Assembly (NCBI GenBank): GCA_030753015.1
Contig: JASMDC010000052.1
Location: 1 to 21,530, forward strand
Direction of reading: 5' to 3'
Length of the DNA: 21,530 bases
From: Candidatus Undinarchaeales archaeon
GTDB taxonomy: Archaea; SpSt-1190; JASMDC01
The position numbers and the translations under genes are program-made. Below, piece by piece: positions 8,396 through 17,078 of the stretch (position 1 is its first letter; each line of letters begins with the position of its first letter). Under the pieces are notes generated by a model. It saw only the letters and a program-made list of their open reading frames with translations, ran no database searches and had not been told where the DNA came from.

Positions 8396-9118
8396 CTAGT
8401 CGTCCTTTTCCCCTGAGAATTCCTGTTCTCTAAGGAAGTCGAACACCTGTTCGATCATCCGGTCCTTGGCCCCCGGGTCCGCCACTACATCGGGGTTGCC
8501 ATCTACCACGAGGACGGGGATACGCCCTTGGGCGGTGGACGCCTCGCCCCCGGCGAACAGGACTTCGTACCTGCGGTTGAGGGCTTGGAGGTACTCGAGC
8601 TCGATGTCCACCTCCTCGCTGCGCGCCCGCTTCTTGATGCGCTCAAGTGCGATCTCGGCATCGACAGCCAGATACACGAATGCACCTACAGGCTTGATCT
8701 TCGTGTTGATATGGTCGTACCAACGAGTGTACCAGTACCACTCCAGGGCCGACATCTTCCCCGAGTCGAAGTAGAGGCGTGCGAAACATTCCCGGTCCGA
8801 GAGGAGGGACCGCTCCATCACAAGATGACGGCCGCGGGAGAGCCTGCTCTCCTCCTCTATGGCCTGGGCGCGGGTGAGCACCGAGTTCACCTGGAACGTA
8901 TAGCTCCATCGGTGGAAATCCGTGTAGAGGTTACCCAGCAGGGACCTCGAATCGATCTGACGCTGCCATTGGAGCACGGGTTCTGTGACGAAGTAGAAGT
9001 CCAGGGTACGTCTGAGCTCATTGATGAGCGTTGTCTTTCCAGCACCGATGAGGCCCTCAAGACAGAGGAGCTTCTGATCCTCGTGCTCCTCGCCCAGGGC
9101 GCGTGTCACCCTCCCCAT
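8396..9118 (-). CDS. Deoxynucleoside kinase (dAK/dGK/dCK family)
   Basis: EGLIGAGKTT P-loop, EPV, WSYTFQ, ERS...DR, RIKKRARSEE lid; TTTAAA TATA at 9144-9149. Confidence 0.92.
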   Translation of the reverse strand: MGRVTRALGEEHEDQKLLCLEGLIGAGKTTLINELRRTLDFYFVTEPVLQWQRQIDSRSLLGNLYTDFHRWSYTFQVNSVLTRAQAIEEESRLSRGRHLVMERSLLSDRECFARLYFDSGKMSALEWYWYTRWYDHINTKIKPVGAFVYLAVDAEIALERIKKRARSEEVDIELEYLQALNRRYEVLFAGGEASTAQGRIPVLVVDGNPDVVADPGAKDRMIEQVFDFLREQEFSGEKDD

Positions 9119-9210
9119 TACGAGTTGGGATGACTATGTCAGGTTTAAATGGCTATTGCCGGGCTGGCCGCGAACGATACCGATAGCTATGCATCATGCG
9201 ATAGAATATG

Positions 9211-9247
9211 AAGAAAGGGAGGGCCCCCAAGGGGGAACGGGGGCCCT
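9211..9247 (-). terminator. Probable ftsZ terminator hairpin
   Basis: AGGGCCCCC-N10-GGGGGCCCT (9220-9247), followed on the minus strand by pyrimidine run CCCTTTCTT. Confidence 0.55.
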
Positions 9248-9343
9248 GTGTTTTAAGGCTGCAAGAGGGAGGGGATCTGGAGAGTCGGGGGGGGTGACTC
9301 GACCATGGGTGGGGGGAATCCCCGATCCCATCCCTCCTGCTAC

Positions 9344-10417
9344 CTATCGGATGATCTCGATACCGAGCTCGGCCCTGACCTTCTCGGCTTCGTTCGCCTT
9401 CGCCTGCTGCTCATCGATGCGACCCAGGATGAAGGGTGAGTTGACACCGGTGATGATGGTCATCACGCGGACCCGTCCCTCCATGTGGCCGTCGACTCGA
9501 GCGCCCCAGATGACATTCGCGTTGTCATCGAGCTTGGCGGTGACGAGGTCGCCGATCTTGTTGGCCTCGTCAAGGGTCATGTCGGGCCCGCCCACGATGT
9601 GGATGAGGGCTCCAGTGGCACCAGCGTAGTCCACGTCCAGGAGGGGCGTGTTGAGTGCTTTCTTGACGGCCTCTTCGGCCTTGTGCTCGGAGGTTGACTC
9701 GCCGACACCGATCATGGCAACGCCGCCATCCTTCATGATGGCCTTGACGTCGGCGTAGTCGAGGTTGACAAGGGAGTTGACCGCGATGGTCTCCACGATA
9801 CCCTTGATCATTGTGGCGATGAGCTCATCGGCAACTGAGAAAGCGGCACCAATGGGTAGGTTACCGGCGATCTCTACGAGTCGGTTGTTGTCAATGACAA
9901 TGACCGTATCGGAGTTCTTCCGCAGCTCCATGAGGCCCGTCTCAGCCTTGAATATGCGTGCCTTCTCCAGCTTGAACGGCATCGTGACGACACCGATGAC
10001 GATCGCGCCGGCGTTGCGGGCAATCTCGGCAACAACGGATGCGGAGCCTGTCCCGGTCCCGCCACCCATACCAGCAGTGATGAACACGAGGTCCGCTTCG
10101 CGGAGCCACTCCTTTATCTCCTGCTTTGATTCTTCTGCGGCTGCTTTGCCTACCTGCGGGTAGCCGCCAGCACCCAGGCCCTTTGTGAGCTCTGCACCGA
10201 TGAGGAGCTTCTTGTCGGCCTCACGACAGTCAAGATGCTGCTTGTCGGTGTTGATCGAAATGATCTCGGCCCCACTGATGCCCATAGAATATAGGCGGTC
10301 AGCAGTGTTGTTCCCGGCCCCACCGCAACCCACGATAAATATCCTGGGCTGTCCGGCCTGAACCTGTTCGTCCTCTTCTCTGATGTTCTGTAAGGCGTTT
10401 TGTATGATCGACTCCAT
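9344..10417 (-). CDS. ftsZ: Cell division protein FtsZ (archaeal FtsZ2-like)
   Basis: [21 protein letters not shown], tubulin signature [10 protein letters not shown]7 loop NLDYADV. Confidence 0.98.
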   Translation of the reverse strand: MESIIQNALQNIREEDEQVQAGQPRIFIVGCGGAGNNTADRLYSMGISGAEIISINTDKQHLDCREADKKLLIGAELTKGLGAGGYPQVGKAAAEESKQEIKEWLREADLVFITAGMGGGTGTGSASVVAEIARNAGAIVIGVVTMPFKLEKARIFKAETGLMELRKNSDTVIVIDNNRLVEIAGNLPIGAAFSVADELIATMIKGIVETIAVNSLVNLDYADVKAIMKDGGVAMIGVGESTSEHKAEEAVKKALNTPLLDVDYAGATGALIHIVGGPDMTLDEANKIGDLVTAKLDDNANVIWGARVDGHMEGRVRVMTIITGVNSPFILGRIDEQQAKANEAEKVRAELGIEIIR

Positions 10418-10614
10418 TTATCCCAACCCCTTCTTGTTCATTACTTGTTCAATTATGTCCGCTTTCGCCGTATGGGTCGATCTAGTTTGGACTCACGACC
10501 CGCACGGCCACCGTCGTGCGCTGCCCAGGGAGTGGACTTTGATCCTTTGGGCGTAGCAAGGAAGTGGGGTACACAACCCTTGCAACGGGTGATTTTTTCT
10601 ATGTCGACTAATCA

Positions 10615-10628
10615 CTTAAAAAGATTTC
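10615..10628 (-). promoter_or_regulatory. BRE/TATA promoter of ftsZ
   Basis: Minus strand reads GAAATC-TTTTTAAG; implies a ~170-nt 5' leader. Confidence 0.55.
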
Positions 10629-10639
10629 GTTGGATGTCG

Positions 10640-11480
10640 TAATTATCAAGATTTCTTACCGATATTATCAGGATTGTACCTGAGAAAACTATGTTATTTA
10701 GTCCATGTGCGGTCAGAAACAACACCAACAAGCGTCATTATTCCACTAATATATGTTAGTATTGGCTATTATCCGTTTATACGTCTTTATTAGCAATTTT
10801 TACTATATATTTATTCCATTACTTATTATATGCCTTTTATTCTTTGTATTATTGATTTATCCCTAGTTATATTACTTATTGTAGGCGATTTACCAGTAAT
10901 ACTATTGGTACGCCATTAAAATTAAGTATTGTTTACTACTCTTTAATTATTCTCCATAATAGCTCTATATTCTATATTTTCTGGCGTCTCTAAGTATAAA
11001 CCTGTAATATTTTTTCATATGTATTATTATGATGATTCTTCATGTTATTTCATGTTTTATTAGTTTTTTGACGCTGATACATCACCCCCACAAATATTAT
11101 TCACTAAAATATTTATTGTAGGTATTATTACTGATATTTTCCAGATATACACGATAAGGCCACGCCATATTACATAATATCGATTATTATTAGCTAATTC
11201 TTTACATCACCTAAATTTATCACCCCGGGGTTGACTTAATAGAGTATTAGGCCTCCATTTAGAATTTATACGCCATTACACCCTCTATAGACCATAATTA
11301 CACCCCGTGAAAGACGCACAATTATAATACATGAGAACATTACACCACCAAGCACTAAGGATCCGCCCGACAGGAGCACTTATAGAGAATTGAAGCCAAT
11401 AACGGAAGAAACGCTGTAAGTGAAGCTAAACGTTAAATCCTGTCGATCCGTATTCACGGGGAGTACGTCAATTGCCGAAA
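10640..11480. other. AT-rich non-coding tract, candidate replication origin / DNA unwinding element
   Basis: No ORF of 60 aa or more; hand-counted GC is 10/60 (10801-10860) and 12/60 (10921-10980); recurring short motifs; lies between divergent ftsZ and tRNA-Pro promoters. Confidence 0.45.
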
Positions 11481-11574
11481 ATTATTCGTATCGATAAACA
11501 TCGTCGATTGCCGATGAATTCGTCATTGGTCGATATCGCTTCCTTTTTAAAACTTGCAGAAACTCCACGTGAAC

Positions 11575-11595
11575 GTTCCATTGGAAATTGAGGGG
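11575..11595 (+). promoter_or_regulatory. ORB-like (origin recognition box) element
   Basis: GTTCCATTGGAAATTGAGGGG fits TCCA-N3-GAAA-N3-AGGGG; mini-ORB-like CTCCACGTGAAC at 11563-11574. Confidence 0.5.
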
Positions 11596-11666
11596 CCGTA
11601 GGGTAGCTTGGTCCATCCTTCCGGGTTCGGGATCCGGCGACATGAGTTCAAATCTCGTCGGCCCCA
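11592..11666 (+). tRNA. tRNA-Pro(CGG)
   Basis: Acceptor GGGGCCG/CGGCCCC with discriminator A; anticodon arm CCGGG-TTCGGGA-TCCGG; T arm ATGAG-TTCAAAT-CTCGT; TATA TTTTTAAAA at 11544-11552. Confidence 0.97.
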
Positions 11667-11670
11667 CTGC

Positions 11671-11691
11671 GGGAGGGGGTATTCCCCTCCC
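11671..11691. terminator. Hairpin right after tRNA-Pro
   Basis: GGGAGGGG-GTATT-CCCCTCCC, perfect 8-bp stem between convergent genes; no U-tract. Confidence 0.4.
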
Positions 11692-11799
11692 GATAATCCC
11701 CCCCAACGACTGTCTAAGTTCTCGAATCAAACCCCCAGACATACCCCTGTCTCTTGGAAGGAGGCGCAAGGCACACTCATCCTTGGACCCGATCGCGAC

Positions 11800-12156
11800 C
11801 TAATCATCCCTTAGGAGCGTAGTGGACGACACAGTGCGGCGGCGCTGATCGAAGGGGGCCTCCTTCCAGCCGTTCTTGGTGACGAGCCCCCGGGTTTCAA
11901 GGCCACGGCACACCTTACGTACACGACTGACCTTCATCCCGACTTTGCGTGACAGCTCCACATAGGTCATCGGTCTCTTGCTCTGAAGGACGATGGCCGC
12001 CACTTTTGCCTCGATCTCGCATAGGTTCGAGTCCGGACGAGCGGTTCCAGTACCCTCGTATATCTCGTCCCCCAGTTCCTCGTTGAGGGATTCCCCCCAT
12101 TCCTCCACAGGCCCTTCGGCCGTGAAGAACAATAGTTCTCGCAATTTACTGAACAT
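11800..12156 (-). CDS. Small winged-helix DNA-binding protein
   Basis: IVLQSKRPMTYVELSRKVGMKVSRVRKVCRGLETRGLV is wHTH-like; acidic N-terminal half. ATG 12156 with upstream GAGGGT preferred to GTG 12216. Confidence 0.7.
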   Translation of the reverse strand: MFSKLRELLFFTAEGPVEEWGESLNEELGDEIYEGTGTARPDSNLCEIEAKVAAIVLQSKRPMTYVELSRKVGMKVSRVRKVCRGLETRGLVTKNGWKEAPFDQRRRTVSSTTLLRDD

Positions 12157-12262
12157 TCTCTCGTACCCTCTTCTCGCTTGGCCGGCGTTCCGGGACCGAC
12201 CGTTCTGAACACCCACTCGAAAGAGGTGTTCCGTACCCCAGTGACTTGTGTAGATTCCGAAC

Positions 12263-12279
12263 TTAATAAATGTTATTAA
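12263..12279. promoter_or_regulatory. Palindrome TTAATAA-ATG-TTATTAA overlapping the TATA box of the wHTH gene
   Basis: Perfect 7-bp arms; the minus strand contains TTTATTAA. Confidence 0.5.
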
Positions 12280-12343
12280 TTTTGTGTAACCCCTCGGAAG
12301 TGGAGCGTCCCTTTCCGCGATTCGTAGACCGCGCAGTCAAACG

Positions 12344-14974
12344 CTACGAAACGTTCGGTTCTACGTCGGAGGATATATGACGGACAGTGAGCGCCCCCCC
12401 GTCCACATCCACGACCACACGCGAGCCGTCAGGGACAGCTTCTGCGAGGATGACCCGCGCGATGAGCGTCTCGACCTCCCGCTGGAGATACCGCTTGAGC
12501 GGGCGTGCTCCGAATACGGCATCATAGCCAGCATCTGCGACAAAGTCGCGGGCAGCGTCGGTCACCTCAAGGACCAGTCGCCTCTCGGCCAATCGGTCCG
12601 AGAGATCCTCGACCTGAAGGTCCACGATGCGCCGGATCTCGTCCCGTGTCAGTGATTTGAAGAGCACCGTCTCATCCACGCGGTTCAGGAACTCGGGGGG
12701 GAAGTGACTTCTGAGCATGCCCATCACGTTCGTACGGACCTCATCAGGGATCACACCCTCCGCAGTAATGCCCTCTAGGAGATACTGGGAGCCGATGTTG
12801 GAGGTCATGATGATTATTGTGTTCTTGAAGTCCACCGTTCGCCCATGCGAGTCTGTGAGCCTGCCATCGTCAAGGATCTGGAGGAGAACGTTGAAGACGT
12901 CACGATGGGCCTTTTCGACCTCGTCGAATAGAATGACTGCGTACGGCTTGCGTCGTACTGCTTCTGTGAGCTGGCCACCCTCATCATATCCGATGTAGCC
13001 CGGAGGTGCACCGATGAGGCGGGAGACCGCATGACGCTCCATGTATTCGCTCATGTCGATACGGACCATGTTGTCTTCCGAGTCGAACAGTGATTCGGCC
13101 AAGCGTCGGCTCAGTTCGGTCTTACCCACCCCCGTCGGCCCCAGGAAGATGAAGGAGCCGATGGGTCGACGCGGATCCTTGATACCCGACCGGGCACGGA
13201 TGACGGCGTCCGCCACGCGCTGGACGGCCTCGTCCTGGCCGATGACGCGCTGGTGGAGCACCTCGTCGAGCTTCAGCAGCTTCTCCCGCTCCCCTTCCAT
13301 GAGCCGCGTCACGGGAACCCCCGTCCACTTCGAGACGATCTGAGCGATCTCCTCCTCGGTGACGACCTCACGCAGGAGCTTGCCACCATTTCCTTGAGCA
13401 AGTCGTTCTTCCTCCTCGATCAGCTGTTCTTGGAGCTTGGGAAGGCTCCCATACTTGAGCTCCGCGGCCTTCTGGAGGTCGTAATCGCGCTCTGCTTGTT
13501 CGATCCCACGCTTCGTTCGCTCGATCTCGGAGCGTAGCGACTGGCTGACATGGATGGCATCCTTCTCGGACTCCAGCTGAGTGCGCATCGTCGCCTCGCG
13601 GTCCTTAAGATCGGCAAGCTCCTTCCTGAGCGTCTCCAGACGCTCTTTGCTCGCCGCGTCCTTCTCTTTGGCCAGAGCCGTCTCCTCGATCTCCAGTTGG
13701 GTCCTGCGACGCGCCACCTCGTCCAGCTCGGCAGGATCGCTATCGATCTCCGTGCGAATCATGGCACAGGCCTCGTCCACGAGGTCGATGGCCTTGTCAG
13801 GCAGGAACCGATCAGATATGTACCGGTTGGATAGCACTGCCGCCGCAACCAGGGAGTTGTCCAGTATCTTGACACCATGATGCTCCTCGAACCGCCCTTT
13901 AAGTCCCCGGAGGATGGATACAGAGTCCTCAACTGAGGGCTGGTCCACCAAGACCGTCTGGAAACGCCGCTCGAGGGCCTTGTCCTTCTCGACGTACTTG
14001 CGATACTCGTCGAGGGTCGTGGCGCCGATGCAGTGGAGCTCGCCTCGGGCCAGCATGGGCTTGAGCATGTTCCCGGCATCGATGGCACCTTCGGCCTTCC
14101 CGGTGCCTACGATGGTATGGAGTTCGTCGATGAAGAGTAGGATCTGACCCTTGCTCTCCTTGACCTCGTTGAGCACGGCCTTCAGCCGTTCCTCGAACTC
14201 GCCCCGATACTTGGCGCCGGCGATGAGTGCGCCCATGTCGAGCGCGAATACGCTCTTGTCCTTGAGCCCCTCTGGCACGTCGCCGCGCACGATGCGCTGC
14301 GCCAAACCCTCCACGATGGCGGTCTTGCCCGTCCCGGGCTCACCGATGAGGACCGGATTGTTCTTGGTACGGCGTGAGAGAATGAGGATCACCCGACGGA
14401 TCTCGGCGTCGCGACCGATAACGGGATCCAGTCGGTTGAGCCTTGCTTCGGCCACCAGGTCATGCCCATACCGCACCAGGGCCTCATAGGTCCCCTCCGG
14501 GTCCGCCGATGTCACCCGCTGGCACCCTCGTACAGCAGTAAGGGTGTCGAGGAACCGTTCCCGAGTGATGCCGAACCGGTCGAAGAGCTTGCCGACCGGT
14601 GTGCTGGTATCCTCATCAAGGAGAGCCAGTACGAGGTGCTCCACGGAGACGTACTCGTCGTTCATGCTCTTGGCCCTGTCCTGGGCCTTCACAAGGACCT
14701 GGCTCAAGCGAGTAGTGATGTATACCTTACCGGCCTCGCCCCCGGTCCCCGTCACCTTCGGACGATGGTCAAGCTCACCCTCGAGCTCGTTACGGAAGGC
14801 AGGCACGTCCACCTGCATCCGTTCGAACAGACGTGGGATGAGCCCATCATCCTGGGAGAGCAGTGCTAGGAGCAGGTGCTCCCCGTCCACCTCCACGTGA
14901 CCAAGGCGAACTGCGATAGTGTTGGCGGCCTGTAGCGCCTCCTGTGATCGTTGGGTCATTCGGTTAAGGTCCAT
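12344..14974 (-). CDS. clpB: ATP-dependent disaggregase ClpB
   Basis: Clp_N repeats, NBD1 GEPGTGKT / LFIDELH, long coiled-coil M domain, NBD2 [22 protein letters not shown]. True start ATG 14974 (MDLNRMT) with GGTGAT RBS at 14981-14986; 876 aa. Confidence 0.98.
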   Translation of the reverse strand: MDLNRMTQRSQEALQAANTIAVRLGHVEVDGEHLLLALLSQDDGLIPRLFERMQVDVPAFRNELEGELDHRPKVTGTGGEAGKVYITTRLSQVLVKAQDRAKSMNDEYVSVEHLVLALLDEDTSTPVGKLFDRFGITRERFLDTLTAVRGCQRVTSADPEGTYEALVRYGHDLVAEARLNRLDPVIGRDAEIRRVILILSRRTKNNPVLIGEPGTGKTAIVEGLAQRIVRGDVPEGLKDKSVFALDMGALIAGAKYRGEFEERLKAVLNEVKESKGQILLFIDELHTIVGTGKAEGAIDAGNMLKPMLARGELHCIGATTLDEYRKYVEKDKALERRFQTVLVDQPSVEDSVSILRGLKGRFEEHHGVKILDNSLVAAAVLSNRYISDRFLPDKAIDLVDEACAMIRTEIDSDPAELDEVARRRTQLEIEETALAKEKDAASKERLETLRKELADLKDREATMRTQLESEKDAIHVSQSLRSEIERTKRGIEQAERDYDLQKAAELKYGSLPKLQEQLIEEEERLAQGNGGKLLREVVTEEEIAQIVSKWTGVPVTRLMEGEREKLLKLDEVLHQRVIGQDEAVQRVADAVIRARSGIKDPRRPIGSFIFLGPTGVGKTELSRRLAESLFDSEDNMVRIDMSEYMERHAVSRLIGAPPGYIGYDEGGQLTEAVRRKPYAVILFDEVEKAHRDVFNVLLQILDDGRLTDSHGRTVDFKNTIIIMTSNIGSQYLLEGITAEGVIPDEVRTNVMGMLRSHFPPEFLNRVDETVLFKSLTRDEIRRIVDLQVEDLSDRLAERRLVLEVTDAARDFVADAGYDAVFGARPLKRYLQREVETLIARVILAEAVPDGSRVVVDVDGGALTVRHISSDVEPNVS

Positions 14975-14996
14975 TGTCCCATCACCCTGTAAGCTA

Positions 14997-15992
14997 TCAT
15001 GATGTACTTGATCCCACTCCGTTCCGTGGATCGAAGGAAGATGTCTCTGCGAGCTCCTCGAATAGTTCGCGCTCCCGGTCCGTGACCGTCCGAGGCACCT
15101 CGATACGGATACGTGCGTAGAGGTCACCACGGCCACCTTTTCTATCATGGAGCCCCTGTCCACGCAGGCGCAACCGCTGGCCGTTCCTCGAACCTTTCGG
15201 TACGGTCACTGTCGCGTGCCCATCAAGTGTTCCGATGCGGACCTTCCCACCCAGGACGGCTTCCCAAGGCGCTACAGGGAGCTCCATCGAGAGGTCGTGG
15301 CCATCCACTTCGAACACGGGGTGTTTCGAGATGTGCACGCGAAGATAGATATCGCCTTCGGTAGGGCAGGACGATCCGTTCTTCTCGCACAATCGGATGC
15401 GCGTGCCCTTCTTTACACCCTGAGGGATTGAGACGTCCAGTGTGTTGACCCTGCGCTGGGGACGACCATCAGGTCCGTACTCGATCGACTCGAGAGCGAC
15501 GCGCTTCTTCGTTCCCAGGAATGCCTCTTCGAGCGTAATTGTGATGTCCGTCTCACGTGGACGAGGTCGAGCGCCGCCCATGCCACCGCGAGGTTCGAAA
15601 CCCATACTGTTGAATCCTCTGAATCCACTGCCACCGAAGAGCATGTCGAAGAAATCACTGGTATCCGAACCACCGAGGTCGAACTCCATACCACCCATCC
15701 CGCTCGGCCCACCACCGAAGTGCATACGGATGTTCTCCCAGCCAGGCGGGGGCGTGAAGTTCTGCCCGTTCTTCCAGTTCGCACCGAGCGCATCATACCT
15801 CTTCCGTTTCTCCGGATTATGGAGGACCTCGTGCGCTTCGTTGATCTCCTTGAAGCGCCCCTCGGCGTCCGGCGACTTGTTTGCATCGGGATGATACTTC
15901 CTTGCGAGCTTCCGGAAGGCTTTGTGGATGTCCTTGCGTGATGCTTTCCGGTCCACACCCAGGATCGTGTAGTAGTCCTTGTACGCGACCAT
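14997..15992 (-). CDS. cbpA: Class B J-domain co-chaperone (CbpA-like DnaJ)
   Basis: DYYTILGV...YHPD J domain, G/F-rich region with SDFF, no Cys zinc finger, C-terminal PWEAVLG and GDLY; GGGGGT RBS. Confidence 0.9.
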   Translation of the reverse strand: MVAYKDYYTILGVDRKASRKDIHKAFRKLARKYHPDANKSPDAEGRFKEINEAHEVLHNPEKRKRYDALGANWKNGQNFTPPPGWENIRMHFGGGPSGMGGMEFDLGGSDTSDFFDMLFGGSGFRGFNSMGFEPRGGMGGARPRPRETDITITLEEAFLGTKKRVALESIEYGPDGRPQRRVNTLDVSIPQGVKKGTRIRLCEKNGSSCPTEGDIYLRVHISKHPVFEVDGHDLSMELPVAPWEAVLGGKVRIGTLDGHATVTVPKGSRNGQRLRLRGQGLHDRKGGRGDLYARIRIEVPRTVTDRERELFEELAETSSFDPRNGVGSSTS

Positions 15993-16195
15993 CACTCGAT
16001 ACCCCCGTCACTCATGCTCGATAAGGGACGCTCACACCAGCAAATGTCAGTAGCGACCGTCGCTCCGGTGCAGGAGCCGATGCATGAGGGCCATAACGCA
16101 CCACCAAGAGTGCAATCCAGTTTATCGCCCACGCCCATAGCCTCCTGAACTCGTAGTCTGTGAACATCCATTGTAAACAATCTTTGTTGTCGTAT

Positions 16196-16271
16196 TATAA
16201 TATTATATTGACGAAGCAATATATAAAACTTTCTTTTCCTGCACAGACCGATCATCGGGAAAAGTTATAAA
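16196..16271. promoter_or_regulatory. Divergent promoter pair
   Basis: Minus strand GAAAG-TTTTATA (TATA 16222-16228) for cbpA-clpB; plus strand GAAAAG-TTATAAA (16265-16271) for the methyltransferase; palindrome TATAATATTATA at 16196-16207. Confidence 0.65.
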
Positions 16272-16281
16272 ACCGCTGTCG

Positions 16282-17013
16282 ATGGCTACTAGGGTGGACG
16301 ATCCCAAGGTCACCGGTCTACGCCGTAACCTCCCCGCTCGCCTCGTCTTCGCGATCCTGCTGCTCTGGCCTCTCACGCGCCCGGACGAGCTTGTTCGTCA
16401 TATCCATGACCACTTCACCGGAAACGTGTACAAGGTCGCGGTGACAGGGGAATGGCACTTCGTGTTGCTCAACATCATCCTCTTCGTTGCGTTCCTCATC
16501 CCTCTCTCTTACCGCCGGAAGGCCGACTGGGGCGAGTACGGCCTGGTCACCGCATTCTTCGTGTCCCTCTTCATCGAGATGTACGGCATCCCCCTCACTC
16601 TCCTTCTCGCCGTCCAGCTCTTCCAGGCGAACCAGCTCGAGCATGCCACCATGGTGGTCGAAATGACACCGGTGGGCGTCAATATCGGCATGTCACATGC
16701 CATGGCGCACGGCGCGTTCCTCATGGTCGTCGGCGCCATCCTCATCATCGTCGGATGGGTCACACTCTACACTAACGGACGCGACGGACGGCTCGTCACC
16801 GGCGGCATCTATCGCTACTCCCGCAATCCCCAGTACCTCGGCTTCATCCTCGTGCTGTTCGGATGGATCCTCGGGTGGCCCACGACCCTCACCGTCACTC
16901 TGGCCCCCATCCTCATCTACCGGTACATCCGGGTATGCCGGACGGAGGAAGAGGAGCTGATGGAGATCGAAGGGTATCCGGAGTACCGTGAGCAGGTGCC
17001 CCTCCTCATCTGA
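16282..17013 (+). CDS. Isoprenylcysteine carboxyl methyltransferase / PEMT-family membrane protein
   Basis: Multiple TM helices, LFIEMYGIPLT, LVTGGIYRYSRNPQYLG, EEEEL...YPEYREQVP. In-frame GTG 16294 fits the TATA spacing better than ATG 16282. Confidence 0.88.
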   Translation: MATRVDDPKVTGLRRNLPARLVFAILLLWPLTRPDELVRHIHDHFTGNVYKVAVTGEWHFVLLNIILFVAFLIPLSYRRKADWGEYGLVTAFFVSLFIEMYGIPLTLLLAVQLFQANQLEHATMVVEMTPVGVNIGMSHAMAHGAFLMVVGAILIIVGWVTLYTNGRDGRLVTGGIYRYSRNPQYLGFILVLFGWILGWPTTLTVTLAPILIYRYIRVCRTEEEELMEIEGYPEYREQVPLLI

Positions 17014-17078
17014 AGGGTCGTCGGAGCGCATGCATTTTTATCATCTTGCCTCTATTATCGGATATAGGTGGAACGATC

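Noticed and set aside
10740-11350. AT-rich tract as a degenerate CRISPR array or a cluster of micro-ORFs
   Set aside because: No periodic 24-40-nt repeat; minus-strand ATG frames checked are only about 4-23 codons with no coding signal.
14975-15163. 63-aa N-terminal extension of ClpB in the ORF track
   Set aside because: Overlaps cbpA; RBS and homology point to ATG 14974.
15992-16255. 87-aa ORF upstream of cbpA as a CbpM/HspR-like regulator
   Set aside because: Runs through the promoter and AT palindrome and has no MerR-like HTH pattern.
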